Shown piece after piece: positions 1-11,706 of a stretch of DNA of 64,000 nt. Location: NCBI GenBank assembly GCA_964276515.1, contig OZ193909.1, positions 3,658,001 through 3,722,000 of the forward strand, written 5' to 3'. Position 1 is the first letter of the stretch; the number at the start of each line of letters is the position of its first letter. Both the position numbers and the translations under genes were made by a program. This DNA is from Gordius albopunctatus (lineage: Eukaryota). The notes below the pieces were generated by a model that was not told where the DNA came from, did not search any database, and saw only the letters and a program-made list of their open reading frames with translations.

Positions 1-460
1 GAGTGATATTTGCTTCTTTGTCTTGAGGAATGGATAAAATGTAAAAAGAGAATTTAAATAGTTTCTCCCAATAGGAAAAGTTCTGAGGGAGGGAAATAAT
101 ATTGTTAAGTAAGTTTATTAAAAACTGTTGCATGCACGCCCGGGCCCCCCTTGGAATTCTGGATATGGTTGGTGGGAATGTTTGAGATAAAAAGGCTGTA
201 CTCCATGTCATGTCATTTTTTTCATTCGTGGTATAGTAGGTTTGATGAGGTATTAGATTATGAATATCAGTACCAGAGGGACTGAGAATAATGTTATCTT
301 CCAATATTAAGGTTAATGGTGGACATGTAGTGTTTCGGGGAGCGAGCTTCCCCGAGGAGGGGCATTTATTGGTGACAGGGCCATGTTGTAAAAAACAATT
401 CTTTTTGTTTAATGAGATATTTCTATGACACAAGGGGCATAGGGCTTTTAAAAGGACCAT
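1..460 (-). mobile_element. 5' part of a CRE-like (RLE-type) non-LTR retrotransposon ORF, open to the window edge
   Basis: Manual translation from ATG 460 has no stop down to base 1: MVLLKALCPLCHRNISLNKKNCFLQHGPVTNKCPSSG (CCHC-type finger with HGP..C), then TISRIPRGARACMQQFL...WEKLFKF. These motifs resemble CRE-clade N-termini. Absent from the ORF track because no stop lies in the window. Confidence 0.65.
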
Positions 461-1789
461 TTAATATGTATATGAATTTTATCAGACAAAGAAAAGAATT
501 TATTCATGTCAAAACTGATGATTTATTGTAAGACTCTGAGTAATTATGAGTGGGAGGATAAAGGACAACCTTAAGGATAGAGTAAGTGGCATTGCAGTTG
601 TTTTTAAAAAAAAATTTGTTACCTTGGTTAGATAAGTTATTTTGTATAAGATACTAGATTGCATATTGTAAATGTTGGTTGTAATTGTTAAAAAGTGCCT
701 GATAAGATATTGTATATAATTTTTAATTTTTGGGTATATAATTTTAGGTCTAGATATGTGCAAAAAAAAATAAACTATGGATGTTAATAAAATAGTGATA
801 AGAGATGTATAAATGATTGAAATACTGTAAGTGGTTTCTAGGTTATTAAGTAGAGGGTTCAGTTTGCTTTGAATAGTAGTGATGATGTTAGAGAGAAAGA
901 TTGGGTGAGGTAATTGTTTGTTTTTTTGTGAAGAGTTTCTGAGTAAATTAATGTTTGCTTGGAATAGTAGGGATCAAGTTGAAAATAATGGGTGTGGTTG
1001 TGAGTCTTTCTCAGTAATTTGTTTGATTGTTGTTTGAATGTTTGGACTTCTTGATGTTGTCGAGCTGAAACTTTGGGGGATAGACACTTGCATGTGTTGG
1101 ATGCAATGTGAATAGGAATAGATGCCATAGTGGATAAAGTGGATTGATGGCAATTTTTTTATATTGGTTATATTGAATTGAATAGATTGGTTAAGTGATT
1201 TGAAGTGTAAATCTTTATGAGGCAAATGTAGTATGTCTTAATTTGGAATAATTGGATAGATATTAAGGGATTTATGGATTGTTATATAAAGTTGTAAGAA
1301 GAATATGGTTTAGATCCAAACTTGCACCATACCAAAAATTAAGGTCCATACATATTTCTAACGCTCTTAAATTTGTAGCAATAGCAATATAAAATATATG
1401 TTTTGTCATATCTATGCTAACTTGTTAGTATTTATCTCAATATTTGTAGTGTAACAATTGACGACGTCAAGTATTGTAGCCATTGAATGATAATTAATAC
1501 AATTCCCATTACACTTTTGTATTTCAAGAGGTTAAAAAGTCCTATGTATTTAATTTTGGGCCCTACGTTAAGTCTGATAAATAATCCTTACTTTTCTGGA
1601 CAAAAACTTTAAACCGCATCAAACTTCTTGATTTAAATTTAATCTGTATGCAACTTTTCTTAAAAATATTGACAAATAAACTTATTTATAAATGTTTAAT
1701 TTATTCAACAATTTACATCCGGAATTTATCCTTGCTTGGATTTTTTATCCATTCCATCATCCGTTTGAAGTTTTGATCCTAAATATTTG

Positions 1790-4260
1790 AAGGAATCCAC
1801 GCTTGTAAGTTGCCAATCGCCTAAACTAAGGGATGCACTTCGCTGATTTTCATCCGATTTAAACTTTGTCTTCATGTATTCTGTTTTTTTTTCTAGTTAC
1901 CCTGAGACCACTTTCTTCTATTGCATTTATCCATCTATTTACAGTGTTAGCCAATTCTTGTTCGCTTTTGGCACATAGGATTATATCGTCTGCAAAGATC
2001 ATTGCCCATGGAGCTTCCTCGCCCAAATCCTTGGTAATATTATCCATTATCATTATGAATAGGAAGAGACTAAGAGCTGAACCTTGATGAACTCCAGTGT
2101 TGATGGCAAAGCCTTTTGTAGTCCCAACCGTTGTTCTAACGTACGTTCTATTTCCCTTGTACATATATTTTATTGCTCTGACGTATACTTGTGGCACATT
2201 GTTTTCTTCAAGACATTTCCAAACTAAATTACGAGGAACTTTATCAAAAGCTTTTTCAAGATCGATGAAACACATGTGGAAATCCTCTTCCCTTTCTTTA
2301 AACCGTTCCATTAATCTTCTAACAGTGTTTAGGGCGTCTGCTGTAGACCTCTCCGGCATAAATCCGAATTGGTTATCTCGAATTTGAACCAAACTCCGAA
2401 GCCGTTTTTCTATCACTTTCTCCCACACCTTGAAAGTGTGGCTCATAAGCTTTATCCCTCTGTAATTGTTGCAATCCTGAATGTCCCCTTCTACTTGTAT
2501 ATCGGGATCATGTAGCTATCCCTCCACTCGTTAGGCATTACACCCGTTTTCAAGATATTGTTGAAAAGGTTGGCGAGGAATTGTGTACCAGTATTGCCTA
2601 ACGCTTTGAAGCCTTCAATCGGTATATTGCCGGGTCCAAGAGCTTTTCTTAACTTTAGTTTACTCATAGCAACTTTCACTTCCGTTTCCGTGATCCAGTC
2701 CGTTGTGTTTAATTCTCCTATTGTATTTTCCTGGTTAGTGTCTTCGACTACAGGCCCCTTTTCAATTGATAAATCGCTATAATAGTCGTACCATCTTTGT
2801 AGTATATGGCTATCATGTGTTAGTATTTCTCCCTTTTGACCCTTAATTAGCCGGCATTCTAGGTAATCTTTAGAATTTCGGGCCCTTGACTTTGCGATTT
2901 TGTAGATCAATCTTTCTCCTTCCTTTGAGTTTAGTTTTACATTTATATCGTCGTACACCTTGTTTTTAGCTTTGGCTACGAATTTTTTAGCCGATTTTTT
3001 AGCTACTTGGTAAGCTTGCTTATCATCACTATCCTTACTTTTATACCAAACTTTGTACAATCTCTTCTTTTCCTTGATACATTTTTGCACTTCTTCATTC
3101 CACCACCACGTTTCGTTGAGAATTATTTTAGTGGGCTTGCTTTCACCTAGTATTTGTCGTCCCGCTTTTCGCATTGTGGCAGCTATACCATTCCATTGAT
3201 TCTCACATGAAGTATTTTCCTTAAATTCAGCAAGTTTAATTACTTGTTCCTGAAAATGTTGAATATTATCCTTTAGTTTCCCCCATTGTATAGTAGCGGC
3301 TACTCTTTAAACTTTTTGCTATTTAAGGCCCTTTAATATAAAGTCCATCACCAACAGCTTGTGTTGGCAGGTCAATATTTCACTCGGTATTACCTTAACA
3401 TTTTGAACATACTTTAAGTGCGCTCTGTTGACTAGAAAGAAATCTATCTGAGTGATACGGCTGCCGCCTTTGAACGTTATAAGATGTTCCTGCCTCTTTT
3501 TGAAGAAGGTATTTCCTATTTCTAGGTCAAAAGCTTGAGCAATTTCTAGAATTTCCGTACCTCCTTCATTTCTTAGGCCGTAACCCCGACCACCGTGATT
3601 TCTTTCAAATCCTCTCTTTAATTTACCCACGTGTCCATTGAGATCCGCTCCGATAATTATTAGTCCCTCTTTACCGAATTAGGATAGAACATCTTCAAGC
3701 TCCTTCCAAAAACACTCTTTTTCCGTCTGAGAGCATCCACTTTGAGGGGCGTATGCTGATATAACGTTTATCGTAGTATATTTATAACAAAGCTGTATCG
3801 CCATAATTCTGTCATTGATTCTCTTAACGTCGGCGATAGTTTGCTGAAATTCTTCCGATGGCACTATACCGACGCCATTCTGGTGAGTTTCTGTACCGTA
3901 AAAATATAATTTGTATCCGTCCCCTATTTATTTTGCTTTTTGGCCCTTACATTTGGTCTCTTGTATACATGCGATATCGATTTTTCTCCTCCTTAGAACA
4001 TCTGCCAATTCTCCGCTCTTGCTAGTCATTGCTCCAATATTCCATGACCCAAACTTTATCCTACGCAAACTATCTTTAACCGCTTCCGTTTGTTGAGAGA
4101 GCGGTAGCCTTCGTTTATTTCCTACACATTCCAGGCGAATAATGCGCGCGTCGCTTAAGGGCAACGCCCTATGGTTTTCATTCTGCGTCTTTGTTGTAGT
4201 AAACATTTTGGTTTATATGGAATGAGGGAGTATTGATATCCCGGGCTTCCAAGCCTGACG
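1790..4260 (-). mobile_element. RTE-clade LINE, degraded (APE endonuclease + RT)
   Basis: ORF pieces 3928-4206 (SWNIG, IQETK), 3319-3864 (SAYAPQ, TQIDFFL), 2491-3174 (ETWWWNEEV) and 1859-2446 (FIDLEKAFD, HQGSALS, FADD), separated by frameshifts/stops. Confidence 0.9.
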
Positions 4261-4810
4261 GAACTATGTTAGATTTTGGTGCTTGACTACCTACTATTCT
4301 TTATGATGCAGCCATTTTGGTGAATTAAACTTTTCTTTCGACCACTCGTATTGATAGGCTTAATCTTGCACTTCAATTTCACAAAGTACTCCCTCAAAAA
4401 GCCTAGAAATTTTAGTCTGACCCTTCACCAAGAACCTTGCCAATAGGGTGACCCCACCAGTAACAAACATAAAAATTGTGTTTGGCTACCAAAGGTATAG
4501 CTTCTTGGATCACGAGAGTACACAAGCTCAACCACTCTGACAAGGTATTTCTGGCTCGGTTGAGTACTTTATTAATTAATAAGTTATAAAATGTTTATTA
4601 AATAATATGTAAATCTTTTTAATCTTTTTAAAGCAAATTATAAAATAACTTACAACGTAGCACCTATTTTTAGAGTCGTCCCTAAAGTTCTTCAGACTAA
4701 ACCAATATTAAATAATAGTAACTCTAACGATGGACCTAGTGATTTAATAATTAAGGAAAAATGTTTAATATAAATAACATATAATGGAATCCTATAATTA
4801 TTATGTACAT

Positions 4811-5180
4811 TGTTGTAGTTGTGGCTTAATGCTTACGCAAATGAGCTAGAAAGCATAGCGTATCTTGCCAACTAAAATTAGTTACGTGAATAATGGGCAC
4901 TAATGATAACCAGACGAATATGTAAAAAGCAGGCCTCAAATTAGTGGAGATGTGCAGTACATCGAACTGTCGGGAGGCATCCCTCATGCAAATGAGAAGA
5001 GCATCGTCACATTAGTCCTGCGGGAGGATATGTTCATTTCTTATTTTAGACATACGGTCCAGCGGCAATTATCTAACAAGAGCCAGACGTTCCTTAATCC
5101 GATTCCTTCCTTTGCCCGTATACGTTACCCATTCCAGACTATGGATTGTACAGATTAATTTCTCCGGCCATCGTTCAACA
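4811..5180. repeat. solo-LTR-like dispersed repeat (TG...CA ends)
   Basis: Begins tgttgtag, ends ttcaaca. A diverged inverted copy lies at 48797-49248 and a partial copy at ~18110-18250. Contains ATGCAAAT-type octamers. No TSD found. Confidence 0.6.
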
Positions 5181-6244
5181 TTTACCTTATCCGATCGATA
5201 TATTATATTTTATTTATTTACTACGACAAGTGTACATATTATAAATATTTGTAAATAAAAGGATTTGCGGACCATATTAATATGATATAGAATTTTTGAT
5301 ATAATGTTACTTATATACTTATAAAGTAAAAATAATGTTCTAATTAATTAAAAAAATAATTCAGCACGTAAATTTCTAGCAATTTCCAGTCTTAATAAAA
5401 AAGAATGGGAAGGAAAGAGCAAAGGAATAAGCTTCCGTAATTTTAAATATTTTGCCAATGATTTTGACATTTCCAGGTTCTCGGCGAAAGTGAGGATTGT
5501 TTTGGTAAGACGGGCGAAAGGATTGGAACAAGTGAAGTATTAAGCCAAATAGAGTCCGTTTTGCCGAAGATCTAGTATCCGGTCATCAATTGTATCGCTA
5601 TCTTTGCATAGAATGAGTTCCATAGAGAAAGAAACCTGCCTAATTTGTTTAAAGCTGCGGGGCGTAGGTACCGGTAAAATTATTTTTCATTTAAATTAAA
5701 TTTAAAGAAATAACTTTCAATAAAGAGAGTAAACCAAAAAGAATATAAAAGATGCAATGCATATTTTTCAAATTGTAATCATTTGTAAAAAAAGAAAGAA
5801 CTAACACGCCAGTTCGTTTTATCATCATGGCATTTATGTACAGTGACAAAGAAATATAGAAATACTTCAAAATAAAAGAATGCTTGCTTAATATTGTAAT
5901 TTAAATTATATAGTTAATTGAGTTTTCACGGTGATTTAGTCTTCTTTGCATAATGACATTCTGAAATCACAGGTGCAATTACCCCACACATCTTTGCGAA
6001 ATGGTTTGTATATAGGTGCGCGCTTTTAATTACTATTTGATATGTTTATGATATGTTAAAAGAGATCTCTTAAAGATCAAAAGCTTTATTGGATGTTATG
6101 GGCCAAGAGGCCCACCATCTGCACATACTCTTGTTAGACATAGACTCTTAGAAAAAAAATATATATATAACGAGGGGGGAAGGGGAGGAATGGAAGGGAA
6201 GTGAAGGAGGGAAGGGGTGGGCAAAACTCATCTATACTCCGTAT

Positions 6245-6345
6245 TCTACTAACTCACATATATGTTTTAAATCAAAAACCAATTATATATTTTGATCCAC
6301 ATGGTATATATAAAACTGATATTACAAATTACGCTATATATTATA
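6245..6345 (-). repeat. 3' LTR of Gypsy element (~100 bp)
   Basis: Near-identical to 16457-16555, next to a polypurine tract. Confidence 0.9.
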
Positions 6346-6689
6346 TTTCTCCCTATTTTAAATGTGAAATTCATCGTAGAACCGTACAGGTGGTTTTGCA
6401 GTTATAGTCGATCGTCTTAACGTAATCGGACTTGCAACTTTTTCACCATTCGTTTCCACACTAGTATCGTTAGTTTCGACAAACTGGGATTGCATCCTAA
6501 ATTTTAACTGATCCGCGTGTTTCCTTTTAATTCCTTTATCAGACCCGAACATTATATGAATACTAACTGACCCGTACCCTGGTGTATTCGCAGAGTATAT
6601 CATCTTATAGATAAATTTCAATAGATTAACAATATATCAAATATAATTGATAAGTCTTTATTATGCAAAATTTTTAAACAAATAGTTAA

Positions 6690-6978
6690 AGAGGGCCCAA
6701 GGCCCACCCTAAGAGAAAACCTGGCCCCATGGGCCCCTTCCCCCAAGGGAAAAATCTTTGGCCCCCTGGCCCTTCAAGCAATTTTTTTAAATTTTTTGTA
6801 ATTAAGAAACAATATCATAATTATAATTATTTGTTTCTTAATAAAACTTTTAACTCTGAACTTAATAATGTCCGAAGGACTGAGATATATCAACATTTAT
6901 CGGCACTTTGTTAGAAGTATTTTCATTTTTCTCCTTATTTAACGCGCAAAAAATGACAAAATTAGATTTTTTAATTTA
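6690..6978. repeat. small dispersed repeat fragment inside the Helitron
   Basis: GC-rich ggccc motifs followed by ~190 bp that also occur at ~20090-20279. Confidence 0.6.
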
Positions 6979-8892
6979 TTGAATCATATTTTTGGTGACA
7001 ATATCAAATAATAATTGATCAGTAGAAGGATTTGGTATTTCTGCGGATACTATACTATCTATGTCTTCTGGGCGTATTTTGTCAATGAACCAAATCAAAA
7101 TATGTGCATGAGGTAATCCACGCTTTTGCCACTCCACCAAATACATCCAAAAACGTGCGGGGCCAAATATGTGTAATTTTGTAATAAAGTTAACAAAAGA
7201 CCTTAATTTTTGTTTAAACACACTGGTTATTATGTCATGATGATGTATTGAATTTTGTCCTGGTAAGAGTAACGATGTAATTTCCTGCCATTTTGGGTTA
7301 CATGTAAAGATGATAAATAAACATGGTCGTCCGTATTCGCGTACGTAAGGCATGGCATCCTGTATGTATTCTTGCATGTGACGCGGACTACCTACGTACG
7401 ATGATGGTAAAATAATGGAGCTACCAATTTCGGCAGCGTCAGCGTTGGTAGCGATAGCGTCTCGCAGGTGGATGTATTCTTCAGCACGTAGCTTTTTCTG
7501 ATTATAACGTAAGAAGCGTAAGCGCTCGCTCTCAATCTTCACATACATATCCACAATCAACTGATGGCAAAGCTCTCGACAGCCTAGAATGATGTTGTCT
7601 TCACCGTTTCTAATCATCAAACGATAGGCATAATAATCCATCGAGCTCACTTTTTTGCTTGTTTCAGCTCCTGTGATATGATACATACAAAAAAATTAAA
7701 AATGAGTAGTCATGTTTTATGTTCTATAAAATACCATTTCGGGGATCCCGTTGTTTAATGTTTATAAAATAACCGTCTTACCCCTTCCAAAAAATGAGCG
7801 GATATTGGAGAGCGTCATAGGAACGGTGGGTATCAGGAATGAACTGTAGATTATCATCTCTTTTTCGAATCACGATTTGGCGCGAAGCTGTACGGTCGCC
7901 AATCATGATTCCAGCAACATCGTCAACAACAGGTGCATTAAATATCAGGATAGATGACAATAGCGTGTTTGTCACTTATTAATTTGGGCATGTGTGCTTT
8001 AAATAATTTTAACAATTCATTGTGCTCAGTCAAAAGAACGTCCATATCGCTGACGATACGCCTGGCAAAAGGTGAATTAATGTGATTGTAGCCGCAACGT
8101 GCATCTACGCGATTGGCTAGTGCGCGTTCAGAGTCCTCACCACCCATAAAGTAAATTTGTAAAAATTTACAGGAACCGTTTGGCATTGGCAGCAGTGAGC
8201 CAACTTTGTGAAAAACTTGGCCTTTAATTTTGAACGTTGAATTAAATAGCTGACCGTTTCCAGCATCAGTTTTAACTATTTCTGTTGCTCCGAACGATGT
8301 CATTTGGAAGCATGAATTAAATGTGCGAATTGACTTTAGGAATAGGCTAGAATCAGGATCCGTGCCAATTAGTAAGCCGTGCAATGGTTCAGGTGGTGCT
8401 TCAATTGACGTTAGTTGTACTTTTCCTGATGCGCAACACATCCCTGGTGCCTCATTTTTAAATTTAAGTGCATGACAATGTGGACATTCCTTGTCTATAG
8501 TACCAATGACTAATAATTGCAAGTTTAATCGTTATTTTCACAATCATCCCAGAATAAATATATTTTCTGACCAAATAAATCAATCTCATTTGATTTTGCT
8601 ATAGATAATTTAAATAAAAATATATTCTTAATTTTTATTTATGTGCATTCAGTCTTGAATTTAGATTAAACTCTAAAAATTAAATATTATTTTAATTACA
8701 TATCATAAATGCGCATGAACTGGCATCCTAACTATAAATCAATCTCATTTGATTTTGCTATAGATGACTTAAAAACTTAAATAATGATGGTACAAATTCA
8801 GAAGAGTTATAATTAGTAAATAAAAATATATTCTTAAATATGGTCTATTTGTGTTTTAAACATATCTTAAAATAAAATATGAAAATTATAAC

Positions 8893-9602
8893 TAATGACC
8901 CTACAATAACAATAAGATTAACAATTTATTGATACCTGATATTAATCAAAAGGTTGTTGAGATCCTATGAATTGTTTGGAGTATTGGAAGAAGGTGGATT
9001 TGCGAGGTTGTTGAGACCACCTTCTTCCAATACTCCAAACAATTCATAGGATCTCAACAAACTATGAATTGTTTGGAGTATTGGAAGAAGGTGGATTTGC
9101 GAGGTTGTTGAGACCACCTTCTTCCAATACTCCAAACAATTCATAGGATCTCAACAAACTATGAATTGTTTGGAGTATTGGAAGAAGGTGGATTTGCGAG
9201 GTTGTTGAGATCTTATGAATTGTTTAGAGTATTGGAAGAAGGTGGACGTAATGACCCTACAATAACAATAAGATTAACAATTTATTGATACCTGATATTA
9301 ATCAAAAGGTTGTTAAGATCCTATGAATTGTTTGGAGTATTGGAAGAAGGTGGATTTGCGAGGTTGTTGAGATCCTATGAATTGTACCCTACAATAACAA
9401 TAAGATTAACAATTTATTGATACCTGATATTATTCAAAAGGTTGTTGAGATCCTATGAATTGTTTGGAGTATTGGAAGAAGGTGGACGTAATGACCCTAC
9501 AATATAACAATAAGATTAACAATTTATTGATACCTGATATTATTCAAAAGGTTGTTGAGATCCTATGAATTGTTTGGAGTATTGGAAGAAGGTGGATTTG
9601 CG
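8893..9602. repeat. complex tandem/inverted array of two short modules
   Basis: Module A (taatgaccctacaataacaataagattaac...) occurs 4 times, one partial. Module B (aggttgttgagatcctatgaattgtttggagtattggaagaaggtgg) occurs many times, two of them inverted (~9017-9060, ~9114-9157). Confidence 0.9.
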
Positions 9603-11706
9603 GAAGAATACATTCACAACACAATAGATACGCAGTATACGTCATGAGGTGGCGTTTAAGTGACATTTTAGTAAACGTCAAAACGTCTGAAACTAAATAA
9701 CATGACCGTCTTGTGACTTAGAAATTTGGAATATAGTTAAAAACCTAAGCTCAGACCTACCAAGCATTCGCATAAATTTCATTTCCATCTAAATCGGTCC
9801 AGCCGTTTCGGAATAATTTTACCACCCACACCGTGACACGTGAATTTTATATATATAGTAGGGCCTTTACGTTGTATGATAAATCCTTTGTACCAGCCCG
9901 CTTTAATTTCATTCCGAATTCATACTGGATCTCCAACATTAAATTCCCTATAAAACGCTTTTCGGTCATGGTAGCTCTTTTGTTTAGCTAATCTCTCCTT
10001 CCACTTTTCTTTCGGATCTAGTCGAATAAGGTCCAATGCTGTCCTTATTCTTCTTCCCAACAACAATTCCGCTGGAGCTTTACCCGTGGTTGTCTGAGGT
10101 GTATTCCTGTATGTCATAATTATTTGTTGAAGGCATAATTCTTTCTCTCCCCCTGATTTTCTTGCTGCCCAGTATCTTGATTTTAGCGTTCGAATCATTC
10201 TCTCAGCTAATCCATTTGTTTTGGGGTGGTATGGAGTTGATGTTACGTGCTTAATGTTGTTGTTGTCACAAAATTTTGTGAATTCTTCACCGACAAATTG
10301 TGGTCCATTATCTGATACTATTTGCAAGGGAATACCGAACCTGTAAAACCAATTTCGTAATTGTCTCACAATTTGTGATCCTTTAATCGACGATAGTGTG
10401 GCTACCTCCACCCATTTCGATAATGCATCAATTAAAACCAACCAATAATTTCATTCGACAGGTCCGGCAATATCTATGTGAACTCGATCCCAAGGACGGT
10501 CAGGTACGGACCAAGAAGATAAGGGAACTCTTTGTTCGGCTTTTCGGCCTTCTTGACAACCGTCACATTCTTTTCCAAGCAAATCAATACTCTAGTCCAT
10601 TCCGGGGCACCAAAAATAATATCGGGCTAAATTAAGCATTCCTGTAATACCGGGGTGTCCTTGGTGTAATATTTTTAAAACCAACTTTTGTAAGTTCCTC
10701 GGTATTATTAACCGATTGCAACGCAATAATAATCCATCTTCAAATGACAGTTCCTCCATTCGATTTTAGTACGTTTTCATGTCAAAACGGCATTTTTTAA
10801 ATCCAACCGCCATTCTCGGTTTATTGCTAAAATTAATTGACGACAAAAAGGATCTTGTTTAATTGTTGTTTTTAGCATTTCATAATCTAACTTTAACATG
10901 AGTAGTCATACGTGATTGATCTGATCCGTCTCAAGGTATTTTGGATCTGGCAGTCTCGACAATGCATCAGCACATTGATTGTTCTTTCCTGATCGGTATT
11001 TTATGTCGTATTGATTTCCATTTAAAAATAAAGGCCACCGAATTAATCTATTATTGATAACTTTCGGTAAATCCCGATGATTTCCGAATAATCTTTCTAG
11101 AGGTTTGTGATCCGTCATCAATACAAATTTACGACCACGTAAGTATTGATTGAATTTTTGAACACCGAACACAATGGCTCGCGCTTCCCGATCAATACGC
11201 AATAGCTCTTTCGGACCCGTCTCCATATAAGTGTGATAGTACAGCAACTACACCAGTTTCAGAAGCATCTATCGCTAGGTATAACGGCAATGAGTTTGAA
11301 TACGGTACCAAAGTATTGGACGTTGAAAGCATCAGTTTAACATCGTGATGAGCCCGTCAATGCATGCAAGGTTGCGCATTTTTGGTGTAGCATTGGGATG
11401 AACCTTTCCTGATAATTAACTAGTCCTAAAAAGAAACGTAGTTCTTTTTTGTTTTGTGGTTCTTTGACATTAACAATGGCTTCCACTCGCTCTTGAGTCG
11501 GGTGGATCCCTGTTCATCAATCACATGTCCCAAGTATTTAACTGAGTTTTTGGAAAAATTTAACCTTCTTCTTTTTTGCTTTTAGACCAGCGTTCTGTAC
11601 CCTCTTTAGTACTTCGTTCAGATTTACAGGTGGTCATTTTCATTTACCCCTGTAACTATGATATCATCTAGAAGTACGCTGGTATGGGGAATCCCATCTA
11701 ATAATT

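Larger units (their letters stand above)
6563..9859 (-). mobile_element. Helitron, internally deleted (Rep region retained), inserted in the Gypsy integrase
   Basis: 5' end TACTATATATATAAAATTC...GAAACGGCTGGACCGATTT; 3' end GGGTACGGGTCAGTTAG|T. ORFs 7938-8522 (CPHCHALKF..CCASG), 7778-7975 (YDALQYPL) and 6976-7686 (FTCNPKW, EWQKRGLPHAH HUH motif). The Gypsy reading KGP|YSYNVR rejoins across it. Confidence 0.9.

Noticed and set aside
480..1300. Short minus-strand ORFs 509-1225 as genes
   Set aside because: Composition-skewed, fragmentary and without recognisable motifs; left unassigned.
1866..2782. Short plus-strand ORFs opposite the RTE RT (and similar antisense ORFs over other TEs)
   Set aside because: Shadow frames of TE coding sequence with no independent motifs.
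5400..6110. Possible old hAT transposase remnant
   Set aside because: Only faint similarity by eye; not supportable without an HMM search.
8893..9602. CRISPR-like repeat array
   Set aside because: No unique spacers, modules are inverted and shuffled, the context is eukaryotic, and there are no cas genes.
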